Source: Laetmonice hystrix (taxonomy: Eukaryota). Taken from it: a DNA stretch of 64,000 bases. The stretch spans positions 24,862,001 to 24,926,000 of the forward strand of contig OZ249445.1 in the NCBI GenBank assembly GCA_965235115.1. Direction: 5' to 3'. The stretch's first letter is position 1. Every line of letters starts with the position of its first letter. Made by a program: the position numbers and the translations under genes. Below the pieces are notes generated by a model. The model saw only the letters and a list, made by a program, of their open reading frames with translations. It was not told the DNA's origin and did not search any database. Below, one piece after another: positions 1-13,649 of this stretch.

Positions 1-2606
1 GCCTCCAGTCTCTCCAAGGAACACTTCCCAATATGTTATACTTGGAAATTTTTTTATTCCTTTCAGGAGATTTGGTAGCAGGTGCTTCTTGGGTCAGTTC
101 CGTTAGCGTTCACACGACTTATTCACGGATTCTTCCCACGCTTCCTTCCCCTCTCGGAGGTACCCTTCCGAATGCAGCGTGGGCTATCATCCACAAATGA
201 TGCCTGTGATTTATAGGGGAACGCCGGAACGTAGCATCAATAGTTTAGTATGTAGTCATCATTCCAATGAGCAGTCTGTACAAGGGTGTTTGGTGGTACT
301 GGATCCCGCAGTTTGGGATGGGGAAGGTGATGGGTGGATTTTTTATCGCTCCCTGCACAGCCTCATCGCTACGGCTTTCGGATACGACCAATGACTGTTC
401 AATAATCAATAGTGACCAATCGGGTTTGGCAGATGTGTGAGTAGAGGCGGGGGGCACGGGGTCAGGCAGCCCAGAGATGAGTATAGATTGTAGGCTATCC
501 AGCCAGTATCTCCCCCCCCCCCTGCTGTCCCAGCCCTGCCTCACACGCAACAGATTATACAACCCATTCATCATTGTACCCGGGAGTTGTCGTCCTCTCG
601 AGGATAGACTTATCTGTTGAAAATGGCGTGCTGGCTATGATATAGACACCAGCTCAATTATGTCCGCAAGATAAGGATCGAAAGGGAAAATCCAGGCTCT
701 AAGACCGAATTCTCACTAGGGACACGCCGTGTGATATTGTCAATTTCTGCCAAAAATAGAAACCTTCTTGAATCTCTTTTCGTAACAGGAAGTGAAAGTG
801 ACGTCACAATGTTGTAGGATTTTGCCAGTTCTGGGGAATACGCCGCTTGGCGGCAATGGTTAAAGCAATGGACCAAACCTTACGACATCCCCCACCAAGC
901 CTACTGCAATTATTAATATCCAACTCAATTTTGATTTGATCATTTTAGTTTGGTCCCAAAGTTCCAACGCTGTTTTTGAAACCCCATGCCAGTCCCTTCC
1001 CATCAGTACCCAGCACGCCTCCACTCCCTAACAGAGAACCACATTTAATTCGACTGCCCGACGCGTCTGTATAAAGTCTCCCAATGTAAAACGATACAGA
1101 GATGTTTTAACCTGTAGCATTGAATATAATTAAGCAATTACTGGATTTCCAAGAGGCAGTGGCGTAACACTCCGCGCCAATGGATACGTACGGTATGCAT
1201 GGGAGGGTCCTGTACGAGAGAAAGGTGACTGGTTGTCATGGCAACGGGTCAATTTATAGCTGTAAATGGCGGAAAGGACGTAACGTCATACTCCTACATT
1301 ATGCGGTCCTCCGTCCAATGTAAACATTACAATCTGTCCCTGCTAATCGATGCTTCAACAACTGATTCTAAGCTTTCAACCTGTAGGGGGGGGGGGCTAC
1401 ATTCAATGCACACGTTATTATACGAGAACCCCCTGTAACAAATCCCCTATTGCCATTACTACTTACAAAAACCCGACTATTGACTGAAGAAACGAGAGAA
1501 ACGGCAGTTTTCCTATTGATACAATATTTATCAAATCAAATCATTTCTTTATATCGTAGAGCTCAAACAATCAAACGAATTCTACCTCGTTTGTCTGAAC
1601 AGCTTGGTGTATTTGTTTTCGGAGTGTGAATCGTTTGGATTATCGAGTCATTTTAGAGAGTGGTGCAAAGGTTAGCAGAATGTTCGTATTGTGAGGTGGA
1701 CGGATGACTAAACATTACTCTTCCTTCTACTGTTATCACCTCACCTCGCCCTCCCATTACTGTTTAGAGCACTAAAGACGTAACTCTGACTGTCAAAAAC
1801 GTTTTCAAGAACGCATCCGTTCCCCGCTAAAAACGTGGAAAGGCGATTTTTGTTTCCCTATTTTGGGTACTTTTCTTGAAAATGCTTCGGCAGTCAAAGA
1901 GTTTATATTCCCTATAACCCATTAAACTAAAATAAGCATATCCAACTGTTGTATTGGTCAAATTATGCACACTATTCTGCAAAATCGTTCGTAAGTACAG
2001 TTCAAATTCCATGATCCATTTTAAAATTCAAGAAGTACGGATCACCGAATGCATACTTCTATGACTACTTCTACCCCCGTTGTATGTTCACAAACAGGGC
2101 ACCCCACCCCCAGCCCCACCCCCACCAAACACCCCCACCCCCACCCGACCACCCTGGCCGTGGTATTGGGTGTGATTTATTGAGTCTTTCCGTGTCGGGA
2201 TACCCGACATGCGAGGCCAGATGACAGTGACATCGACCGCCAGCTGTCCCATACCAGTGGCTGGTCCCGACTTGTCGCGTCCAACTCGCCTGTCCAACCC
2301 ATCAACGCCCCCGCTATGGACCGACGCCGACGGGTGTGGGGGTGTGGGGTGTGGAAGTCTTTGACTTTGATCTTAACGGGGTGATGGCAGCACCGACCTG
2401 GCCCCTAACCGGACCTGTCAAAATATCGCCCCGAGGTCGGGCTGCCTCCTGCTCATGCATGCTGCTGGTATTTATTACCCTGTAATGATGAGGACGCGGG
2501 ATGTCGTCACACTGAAGAATGGCTAGATGTAATACTGTTATATTCTCAAACATTTTAACCTGTAGCATTAGGTTTTCGGAATATAAATAGATTTCAGGTT
2601 TTAGTT

Positions 2607-2700
2607 TGACTGGTGGAGTAGACCGGGGTATCCGGAGAAAACACCAACATTATGGCAAAACCTTCACACGTACGGTTCGAGTTGGATTGGAACCCAGCGA
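2607..2700 (-). mobile_element. tRNA-derived SINE remnant
   Basis: GACCGGGGTATCCGGAGAAAACACC resembles the widespread SINE segment GGAAACCGGAGTACCCGGAGAAAACC. GGATTGGAACC is the reverse complement of a B-box-like motif. Confidence 0.55.
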
Positions 2701-3600
2701 TCTGGAAAGCCTAGCAAGTCCACTTTGCCTCATTTTGAGAAACTTGGGGAAAACAAACCATTCCTGCCTTTAAGGTGCTGCAAACGCTAGGTTTTCCAGG
2801 TCAAGAACTATGAATTGTGTATAATTCTGATCACTTGTATAGGACTATATGAAAGGGCAAAACCTAGTAAGTCCAAAAATTGGACTAACTCAAATTGGTC
2901 AAAAACACGACTTCCCACGTTTTTCCAGATCACTGTAGCACTGCGTCCCCGCCTACAGTTCAGGAAAACGTATATCAAATCTGCCTTTAATTAATTTAAA
3001 CAGATTCTCCAGTTCTACAATTTCAACGCAGATGTGTTTTAAAGCCCCATTCATCGTGGCACGACCAGTGGGAATACCTGGTCATGCCATCACGTCCTCC
3101 TATCACGAGTTGCGCCTGTCCTATAGTAAAGCTATGACCATTCAATCCTATGTGGGTATTTTCTTCTATTCGTACCGTCAGCAGTTGCACCTTTCTCTCA
3201 CAAATCCATCTTTCTGGCTTTCGTGTAAATACATGTATAGAAAGAGAGATCTAACGCTATAATCACTTAAATCCAACCTTCAGCAAATGTACGTATACAG
3301 TACAGGGGTACGATTGTTGTGAAACGCACCCCTGGTCTATACCTGCACCAAAGACCCTATGCCATCTACTACATGTAAAATTTAACTGCAGCAGTTCTTA
3401 CAAGAGGCGTAATGTAACTATAAAACATCACGGCTTTATTATGTCTAATTACACGAAACCTAATTGACTTCAATAACATGCTTTAGAACCATAATGATTA
3501 TTTCGATAGGGCAGAAACGCCTGAAGCAAATGCCCTATCACATGTACTACTTACATCACATGTACTACTTACATCTGCTGCCCACAGAATATGACTTCAA

Positions 3601-3658
3601 CATGCACATGGCTTCACCATGCACATGGCTTCACCATGCACATGGCTTCACCATGCAC
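3601..3658. repeat. 17 bp tandem repeat CATGCACATGGCTTCAC, about 3.4 copies
   Basis: Read directly from the sequence. Confidence 0.85.
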
Positions 3659-4555
3659 GAGACATCACGTGCAGCCACCGGCCCATCCACTGCTGTCTGA
3701 TACCAACGGGGAGCATCGTATTATCACGTCATTCCTTCCCACCCCCCTGTTAACACCCCTCCCAACCGACCCCCCACGATGTCGGAACACCCCCTGCTGT
3801 CGATGTAATTACCCTTCACCCTAACCACCACTGCCACCTCCCACTCTCATTATACACCACGGCGCGCGGTAACCAATCACAGCCGCGCTCTCTTCCACGC
3901 TCGGCCTTACGCGTCCCCTTCACGCCACCGATTTAATTGACAACGTGTAGGCGGGGGGAGTGGAAACAAAAAGGACGTCACAATGAGGAATGACCGACCT
4001 GACACTGCTGTTGATAACCGTCAGAAGGCAAACAGTTCGGCGGGCAATGACAGAGTGTTCTAGCCACGTCTGAGCGACCAAGAGGAACACTCAAATAATC
4101 CCGAGGTCTTTCACTGCTCTCTCAACCATTCATACTTCTCCCTCCACGGTCACAATAACGTGGACACACATAAATGGTTTAAAACGCAAAACACATTGAC
4201 ATTAGCTGGGCCCCCTTTGAGAGGGTGGACTCAGTATTGGCACAGATTCACGGAGCCTTACTTCTTGTATTCACGTTATGTGAACTGAATCCAGTTAATC
4301 CAGGTTAGCAATAACGGCGGTTCTCGCCCTTTTCAGGAATGTTTGTTCATCTGCGGTTCATGTACACACTGCCAACCGTATAAATATTAAAACACCTTTA
4401 ATAAAAAAAACAACGCTGTTTGCCATGAAAAGATGAACAGAATGACTGAACTAAACATTCCACTGTTTCACCACATTCGTCAACATTCTCACAGAGCTAT
4501 GCATGGAATGTGAATAGAGATTTGGCTAGGCGGGTAGTACAGTATTAAACAACTA

Positions 4556-4812
4556 TGTAAAGCCATGTTCAATCCATATTTAAATGGTTGTAAATGGTGA
4601 CTACTCGAAATGTAAAGCCATGTTTAATCCATATTTAATTGGTTCTAAAGGTGACTACTCGAAATGTAAAGCCATGTTCAATCCATATTTAAATGGTTGT
4701 AAATGGTGACTACTCGAAATGTAAAGCCATGTTTAATCCATATTTAATTGGTTGTAAAGGTGACTGCTCGAAATGTAAAGCCATGTTCAATCCATATTTA
4801 ATTGGTTGTAAA
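4556..4812. repeat. Minisatellite of alternating 55/54 bp units, about 4.7 copies
   Basis: Units start at 4556, 4611, 4665, 4720 and 4774 (TGTAAAGCCATGTT...). Confidence 0.95.
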
Positions 4813-5074
4813 CAGTAAATAAGAAGAACACTGATGGCATTAGACCCCCTAATCAATGGTGGTGTAATCAGGGTACAGCAGTATCTGGTCTATAATGGGC
4901 GGCCCACAGCAAGACATGCAATAAATGTATATAGAAAAACCAAATCTCACAGAGAAAACCAATCCCATCTGTCAGTTTCAATTTAAAACGGAATACAATG
5001 TGTTCACTCGTCCAATTAATTAATCAGAATAATTCATCTCTCCCAATCGTGTCAATAACGATTGACAACGCATG

Positions 5075-5109
5075 GAGAGAGAGAAGTGAGAGAGAGAGAG
5101 AGAGATAGA

Positions 5110-5168
<59 letters not shown>

Positions 5169-5179
5169 GGGAGAGAGAG
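5075..5179. repeat. (GA)n microsatellite
   Basis: Read directly from the sequence. Confidence 0.95.
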
Positions 5180-6071
5180 GGAGTGGGAGAAAAACATGAA
5201 ATGAAAAGTGACGAGTAGCATGCGCAAAATTAGGGACGCCATCACCAACATGATAAAAGAAAGATTCCAAACCGATTGAATGTGAATTGACTGTGTGAAA
5301 TACATTGTGATGAATGGCGGCCTTTTATTTGGGGAGTGGGAGGGGGGATGGAACCTCAGACCGAGCCCCAAGAGACAGGTCACCAACATGGCTTTTTTTT
5401 TAACCAAATCTGAAAAGCATGGGAAGCCGATCAATCCTGCGTACCTTTCAATAAAACAGACATTTTTTTTGGAGTGGATAATGGCTAGGTATTGCAAGGA
5501 CTCGGCCTTCAGCGTGCCCATCATCATCACCATTGTTACAGGCCTCCATCTACCCATCCTATACACTCCATAAGTCTGCCATCATTCTCTCATACTTTAT
5601 TAAAACCTTCATTAAAGCGCAAATGAAATGCCACGATAAAACCGACGACTTTGAAAGCCCTGAAGCCTCTTTGACATAAATCACCTCCGTAAAATGGCAA
5701 AGAACGCTAGATTTTTTCCTATCGCCTTATTTTGTCTTCCCTCGCATGTATTTCAGTCCGCTCCGCACTTTAATACGAAATCAAAGTCACCTTATTTAGC
5801 CTAGAACAGTGGAACGGGCCACGGCAACCCATTTAATGTTAGGCACCTGATTGCACCCAGATCCAACATTGAATTAAAAACACCTTTTTCTAAACTGGAG
5901 CTTAAAAAACATTTTACCTTAATTAGACTGTAGTCCAAGTACAACACACTCACATTCTCTAGCAATGAATCAGAAGAATTCCCGAAAGGTACAATACATA
6001 CAATCAGCTTGGACAAACACATACAATACAAAAGCCTCTGTACACAAACTCCATAACGAATCAGTTCATTA

Positions 6072-6322
6072 TACAGGGTGTCCGAAAAGTTACTGTGCAG
6101 TAAAAAAAATTAAACAATACATCGATCACATCACTCCCGCTACCCTCCAAAAGGTGTTCGATAATATGCAGCGTCGTGTGCAGACCTGTCTTCAGGCCAC
6201 TGGGTGACATTTCCAACATTTTGCTGTAGGAGAAACGGCAATATCGTAAATAACGCTTCACTTTTAATAACATTTTATTTAAACCTTTTTCCACTGCACA
6301 GTAACTTTTCGGACACCCTGTA
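6072..6322 (+). mobile_element. Internally deleted Tc1/mariner-type element (MITE-sized)
   Basis: Perfect ~30 bp TIRs TACAGGGTGTCCGAAAAGTTACTGTGCAGT, flanked by TA. The interior encodes IKQYIDHITPATLQKVFDNMQRRVQTCLQATG*HFQH, like the C-terminus of mariner/DD37D transposases (..GGHFEHLL). Confidence 0.85.
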
Positions 6323-7572
6323 TAACCGATACACCAAGAACTATATTACAAGAAGAACGGTCCACACCACATTAATTTTTACAGCCCCCTAAACAAAAGA
6401 AGTTCTTTGTGGAAATATTTGCAAACTCCAGCGCACAGATTTGTTCTTTAACCAACCTATTGCGCCGGAGAGACTTCCATGCCATACATACGGCAGCCTC
6501 CCCAAAGGATGACAAATAGTCGCGGCTGTTTATCTCCGCGGGAGAACCTCCATGAGCTATCTATCACTCACGGCCTTCAAACACTCCTGCTTTCAAGTGA
6601 TACAAATCGCAGTGAATATACAGACTATCTGACCGATTCAGTCATAATATAACTTCATAATGACATATCGGAACTATACAGATTGATAAAAAAAACAATC
6701 CATCCAAAACCAATATCAGATACAAGAGGCAACATAGGTCTATATGAGATATCTAAATAACATGGTCTATATGAGACATCTAAATAACATCAATATCTCC
6801 TAAGATTATATGGCAGGGATATGACTGTGAACGACTATATGTAAATCACAAGGGTATACAGCGCAATTAATTACTCAGGAACCATTGCTAATTATGTTCA
6901 CATCCATAAATGTAGCTGTGTGCACTAATAGTCTATGTGGGTTCTCTGCACACAGTACGAAACATGATCCTTATAATAATGTTTATACTTATAAGTAACC
7001 ATTTAGTTGGCTGATAATATACAATTATATCTATAAATGGCTGATACTATACCTCTTGATTTCTAACATACTAATGTGAAAGGTGAAGTAAAACTTCTTC
7101 CTGTATCTCTGGTAATCATGAAATCATGGAATGATTGGAATGGGACATCTCTGAGAGTCATTCCTGTTGATTCTTGAAAGTTCGGTGAGAAGGTCATAAT
7201 TCAGGTAAATAAAACTTAAAGGCCGGGATTCAGTAAAACCCGGTAACGTTGACCTCAACTGACCCTGCCCCAGGTTCAGGCCAGCCGTGGGTGGGGCTTC
7301 ACTGAGCTAACCTACACACTGGCACATGAACAGCTTTTATAGTCGGAACCGGTCTTTTACGAAGTAACCTTACCGAGTATTGCACATGTGCACAGCGAAT
7401 GCGCGATTTTATTCAATAACTATTCCAATGCCAGTATGAAAGAATAGGACACTGTAATGTGGATATACGAGTGCTGAAATAAAATCTCGTTCAGATAATG
7501 TTTCCTCCAATAATCTGACGTCGTGTATATAGAATCAAGAATTCCTCCTGACAGACTGTTGCAGACTCTTAA

Positions 7573-8101
7573 AGGGGCATGCTATGAAACACGTTTTTGA
7601 GGATTTCCGGCAATTATCCAACATGACCGTGTACTCAGGATCCAAGTAAATAATCCTACCACAGCATTTTGTCCTCCGACGTGTTTTCGCTGCGTATGCA
7701 GCACAAGTAGGTTCTATACGACCAAACCTATAGATTTCTCCCGATAGCACATCTCCCGCCATAATTTGGCGGACAACCCCCCATCAACCCGGATAATTGC
7801 ATACTGTGTCACATCCTGTGTGTGCACGCTCTGCATGTGCTTAGTCACGTGCTTTGCTTAGTTGTAAACAATTCAGCAGTGGCACTCGATCGCCCGGCAT
7901 CAGAATGCCACCCAAAAAAATATTTTACGAAATCGGCAGAGAAGCGGGCAAGGGAGCTTAATAAACTTCGATTTCTGACGCAAAATGAAACTGATAAGTC
8001 TGTCTTTGTTTACTAAGCAATTTTAATGAAGGATCTCTGTAAGAAAACAGCAAAAGTTCTATGAAATTCCGATTTTTAACGTTTCCTCATAATATGCCCC
8101 T
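7573..8101. mobile_element. TTAA-targeting non-autonomous DNA transposon (Kolobok-like)
   Basis: TTAA|AGGGGCAT...ATGCCCCT|TTAA, with degenerate inner TIR. Confidence 0.6.
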
Positions 8102-9733
8102 TTAACTAACAAACTAATTTACTGTCGACGTCTGCACCTCAAAACTCCCGCTCGCTTCGCCTATACTCCAGATGACTGTATCTCTGTACATTTATTTGAT
8201 CTTAAATACACGTAGTCTCAGAGGAAGCCAATTTGCTAACATCTCTCCACAGACGCGTCCGACATCCTCAAGGTCTCGGAGGAACAATAACGTATTGTAA
8301 TGCCAGGCGCGGAGGTCCCTGCCAGTCATTATACAACTCCACGGCGATTCTTGCTCGACCCATAAATAAATTCCCTTTTAGGCGTGTGAAAATATATCAC
8401 CTCCACCCGCAATGGAAACTGTGAATCAGAAGATTGTCTTTGTTACTTGAGGTACCCCTCTTCTTTTTTTTTGGGGGGGGGGGGGCTGGTAGTTATACAA
8501 CGCTTCCTCGGGGAAAACAATGATCAAAATGCTTTCTTTAAACAGTGTCTACATTAGCATTATCTTTTCTTAGTATAACGGGCCTGATCCACTTAGGCGA
8601 TTTTTCTTGTGATATCCATGCGATTTTGACATCACCCTTTTATTTGATTTTGAGATTAAAGGATGGAACCTATTTCCTTAAAGGGGAGGCCATCCAGGAA
8701 AAGATTCAGAGTGAAATTTCACCATTAAATCAAAATCCCATGGCCCTCGCAAGGGAAATCGCACACTCTACTTGTTAATAGAGTTTCGTTCCAGTTTTCT
8801 TTGGGTTGTTCCGGATAAAGGCATCTAAACCTAAGGTTGTGTTGCTGATTGCCAAAATCTCGCCTCCTCATGGAAACACTTTCTTTGCAATAATGTTCCT
8901 CTTCAAAATTCATATTTTTAAACATCTCATTGTCGTCGGACTTCAGCCCTAAGGGACCACGTTACGTGACACAGAGCACCGGTGGTCACAGTGACCGATC
9001 TACGGGGAACAACAACCTTGGTAACAAAATCATGCCTCCGGTGCACCTGCCGTTTCCGGTCTGGAGTGAGGTCACCAACCTGCATTTGTTAGTCCGTGCA
9101 CTCCGTCCCCCATTGTCATTATAACAAAGCAATTGTGACGCGAACCAAACAATAAACATTTTATTGGCCTTAATATAACCTCGGGTGTTTTGATTCCATC
9201 TGTGTGCCTTACCAACGGTTGCAGGGCATGCTGTTGGTGGTATTGTATATATACGGGGTTCAAGGTTTGCTACACCCGCCAAGGCCACTATAACGCCGTA
9301 CTCACACAATTTGTGTGAAGTCTAGACAAAAGGGGCTTCCCTCTTATTCCATCGCTCTGAAGGTCCTGATGGCGGCAACGGACACATTTAACCACGGCCT
9401 TGGATGTGCGGAATGGCCATTCTATCGTTGACAGGTTTAAAGAGGCGATGAATGGGGCGAGGGTTGATGTGGGGAAAGTAGTCGAGCGTCGGATTGCACA
9501 ATAATCTGCGTGGCATGGATGGGTTGAGGCATGTCATTTTACTCCCCAACCGTTACTACCGCCCTGCAAGTCGCGCCTGAAAGTTTTTGGAATGTCCATT
9601 CGTGTCCCTGCAAATGGGCATACACAAATCCCTTTGGGACCCCCCCCCCCCCCCCCCCCCGAGAAGATTAGAGGAATTTTCTCCTCTGATGGGTGCTCCT
9701 TTCTCCCTTTGTTCTCACCAACACCAACCTGGG

Positions 9734-10191
9734 ACTCGGGTTGTGAGAGCTAAAAATAAATTCCCTACCAAGATCTAAAAAAAACATATTCGTATCCCTA
9801 ATTTCCTGGGAATTTAACAATGGAGGGATGACTGATCCATGGCGCAGTCCTCACATCGTACCCACCCGGTACCCCACTCACCACGCTAAATATACCTCCG
9901 TCGCCACGACCCTTCTCCCCCAGCTAACAACATGTCTGTCCGTCCTCCGGCCAATATGTAAAACTCGGGTTGTGAGAGCTAAAAATAAATTCCCTACCAA
10001 GATCTAAAAAAACATATTCGTATCCCTAATTTCCTGGGAATTTAACAATGGAGGGATGACTGATCCATGAAGCAGTCCTCATATCGTACCCACCCGGTGC
10101 CCCACTCTAAATATACCTCCGTCACCACGACCCTCCCCCCCCCCCCCCCCAGCTAACAACATGTCTGTCTGTCCTCCGGCCAATATGTAAA
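9734..10191. repeat. 229 bp tandem duplication
   Basis: Copies 9734-9962 and 9963-10191 are highly similar, differing by small indels and substitutions. Confidence 0.92.
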
Positions 10192-12903
10192 ACGGTTTAC
10201 CACTTATCCTTTGGGAGGCAGGGGACCATCAGGAAATGGGGTTGACACACAGGGGAGGGGCGACAATGGCACGCCATTTGTCTACCGCACCGCCCTGGGA
10301 AATGATTGTTGGTAATCAGTTCTGGGACGATCGGAGTCACGGCTAAAATAGTGGACGTTTCATGGGGTCCTGGGTAAAGAGTTCGGTGACTACGGAGAGA
10401 GGAGGTTGTGAGGACAAAATGACATCGCTCATCTTGTGGTGGTTACAATGGATCGACTTTCTGAATGCTAGGCTTGCATCTCAAGGTCGCTCTTTTACCT
10501 TGTGTTTTTTACTATACAAACTTGGGGCTTGGTAGAGTGCAATAAATTTCGATATTGCACTCGACAAAGTGCTATTAGGTGGATCTTGCATGTCGGAGTG
10601 AAGGCTAAAATATTTCATACACTAATCGGCTCGAGGCATAGCCGAGGTTTTGTTCAGGGTCTGAAGCATGAAAGCGGGACACAAGGAGGCAATATTTACG
10701 CTGGCACACTGCTTTAATTAGGTCCTTGTAAAAATGACGTCATGATTTAAACATAAAGTAAGTTTAAGCGAAACCAGCGTCTGATAAATAATTTTTTGAC
10801 GATATTCTACCTATATAACATTATTTATTATTCAAAATCACATGGTGTGAAACTGACCAATCGCGGTAGGGAAAGCAATGCGGTCAAATGATTTAAAAAA
10901 AATAAAAACAAGGGAAAATATTTAGCTCAACAGTGAATGCAACACCTTCTTTTTTTATCTTTCATAATGTTCCGTTAAATAATGACCTCATTTCATCGGG
11001 GGTGAGAATGGATTGGATCGCACCTATAAATGAATTTGATAATCACCTCATTAATTACATGTTTTATCATTAATCATTCATATAGAAGAAAACAATATGG
11101 GGGGAAAAGGGACAATGAAGCATTATGATCATAGCAGACTGCCATGAAGGAAACGGCTCACTATTAGTAACTTTCCGAATAAATGGAAGGACTATTAAAC
11201 ACCACGGGTTTACAAAATGCGTTTTTTTACTTGTCCCTTCTCTTGTCTACTCTTGCAAAGTCACGCAGCTCTATAAGCAATACATGTACTTTGAAAATAA
11301 ACCAAGACAGCAACGCGGAGGTAGCTCCAAATTGTACACTATACAGCCGTTTTTTCTTTTCTTTATAAACGTAAAGACATTACTTTTATAACATAATTCT
11401 GGTGATATTCATATGATTAGTAGCGTTAAAAGTTACACACATTATTGCCCGCATAAATGCGTGCATGCAAATTGAGGCATAAGTCGTTCATGACATCACG
11501 GCTGAGATAGCTCTCGATTTCAAGCCATCGCACCGGCTTTGATCATGCTACCCATTCCTTAAGTGAACCGCCTCCGGGTGTATTTCTAACTTTAAGAGAG
11601 ACTAGACAAATTTCTCTAGGGGACTGGTCATCAGCGGTTTCAAAGGAAATCTATTCTTATCGATCTGTAAATCAGAGGAAGCGAGAACCTGTCAAAGAGC
11701 CACTACGTCCGAGGAGGCTTTAATTTGTGACTAAACCTTATCATCTGTTTTCATTCCATTTACCACAGCCTGAAGTTGTAAAAACATAACTCCCCACCAG
11801 GCATGCAGACAGGAGCGGAGGGGTTGTGCCTGTAATAATACTAGATTTAAATGTCACCATATCATTAAGTTAACTACGGCAGTTAAGTAGTCTACACCCT
11901 CTTCAAATCATGACCTTATCCCAGCAATAAAGCATACCCCGCGCTTAAAAAAAATTTAAAGAAACACAAAAAAATAAAGCCTCAAAAGATCACATAGTTC
12001 TTTAAATGATAGATCCGGTGGATTTACCAAAATAGATCTTCAATACCTCAATAATTACAAGCTTTCTGAATTAAAAAAAAACACCATTATGACAAGGTCA
12101 GATTTTCTCAGAATGAGTCATTGAATGGCTCTGCCAACAAATAAACAAAAGCGGGTAAAGCCAGAGCCAACGGCCCAATTTTACATACTACTTCGGCACC
12201 AACGGTGGCACCGTCAGCCTGCCTTGGCCAGCCATAACATCTTGCGCCGCTATCAAAACCGCACACACAAGCCTCTAACTGATCATATCAGAAATCCATT
12301 AATCAAATTCCTCCGCCTTTACGTGAAATATTTCTCTACTGTCTATGTCATATTTCATACTTTATCCCAGCGGGTATATCCATATATACAAATTGACGGG
12401 GAAAGGACAAAGGAGGTATATTACATAACAAAGGGCGAACACTTCATACTGATGCTCTTGTATTACCAGTCTTCATTTATATAATCCAATAATAAAAGCT
12501 CCAGTCAAGAATCTCTCGAACAATCAAAACAAATCTCTTAAAGGCCGTAAAAAGAGAGGATACGGAGCGGTGCAACCTTTAAGATTATGGTAAACAGGAC
12601 ATGAATCTGAAACATTGTGACAGCGGTAAATTTTATACGCCTCACTCAACTTACGTAAATATGTGTCACAGTCATTGAACCCTTCAGTGATATTCCACAG
12701 CTCCTCATAGTTCAGGCGACACCTTTTCACATTCATGAAACAACCAGTTTCTCAATTGTAGCACTGATGTTTATGAATACGTTGGCATATATCTTTAGCC
12801 TGGCAATGGCAGTAAATCTAAGGGTATCAGCTCTGAAATGTAACAAATCACTACATATAAATACACTGCTTGTATTTGTATAATCAATTTGGACCGAATT
12901 GGA

Positions 12904-13139
12904 NNNNNNNNNNNNNNNNNNNNNNNNNNNNNNNNNNNNNNNNNNNNNNNNNNNNNNNNNNNNNNNNNNNNNNNNNNNNNNNNNNNNNNNNNNNNNNNNN
13001 NNNNNNNNNNNNNNNNNNNNNNNNNNNNNNNNNNNNNNNNNNNNNNNNNNNNNNNNNNNNNNNNNNNNNNNNNNNNNNNNNNNNNNNNNNNNNNNNNNNN
13101 NNNNNNNNNNNNNNNNNNNNNNNNNNNNNNNNNNNNNNN
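12904..13139. other. Assembly gap (236 N)
   Basis: Run of N. Confidence 0.99.
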
Positions 13140-13530
13140 TATCAGAAAAGGAAATAATACGAACATATCACTGAGATTTTACGCGCATTATTTTAGTTGG
13201 TTGATGGTTATTATACTACATGGTCCTCTTTAAATTTCCTTGGCAATTAAAAAAACGGACGAGAAATACCTCAACGACCTTCAAGTGTTTCCACAGTCTA
13301 CCGATCCCAAACTGCGTCCTTGAACGAGCTGTATGTTCTTGGCGGGGGCGAGGCGTGTAATCAAGTGTGTACTGAAACGCGGGTGCTATATTAGGTTGAC
13401 TGAGCCCCGAGCAGAACCCGACCTTTTAATTATTTTTTCCTTTTCGTGACAAGCGCAAAACAGAAACGGGAGCTAAGGCCCAGTTTCGCTAACATCGGCC
13501 CCTGCTTAAGTTTTCACCACAATTCACACC

Positions 13531-13649
13531 TTGGGGACATCGCCGGTTTGAAAATTCTCAGGGAAACATCTTTCTAAGATAATATTATCAAACCGGGGAC
13601 TGCTGTTAAGAATGATAGCTTTAAGAGGATGTCGCCAGGATGTCCCCAG
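13531..13649. mobile_element. Short inverted-repeat element
   Basis: TGGGGACATC...GATGTCCCCA termini. Confidence 0.4.

Noticed and set aside
4556-4812. CRISPR-like regular repeats (also 40141-40308)
   Set aside because: Units are contiguous with no unique spacers, the context is eukaryotic, and there are no cas genes.
5024-5566. 180 aa ORF, and the ORFs at 28814-29122 and 16649-17155
   Set aside because: Kept open by (GA)/(CT)/(CCT) microsatellites.
12655-12736. First coding exon MNVKRCRLNYEELW.. with donor TTAC|GTAAGT
   Set aside because: No in-phase downstream exon identified, no recognisable homology, and it lies next to a gap.
12795-13233. ORFs spanning N runs (also 28013-28477)
   Set aside because: Artefacts of assembly gaps.
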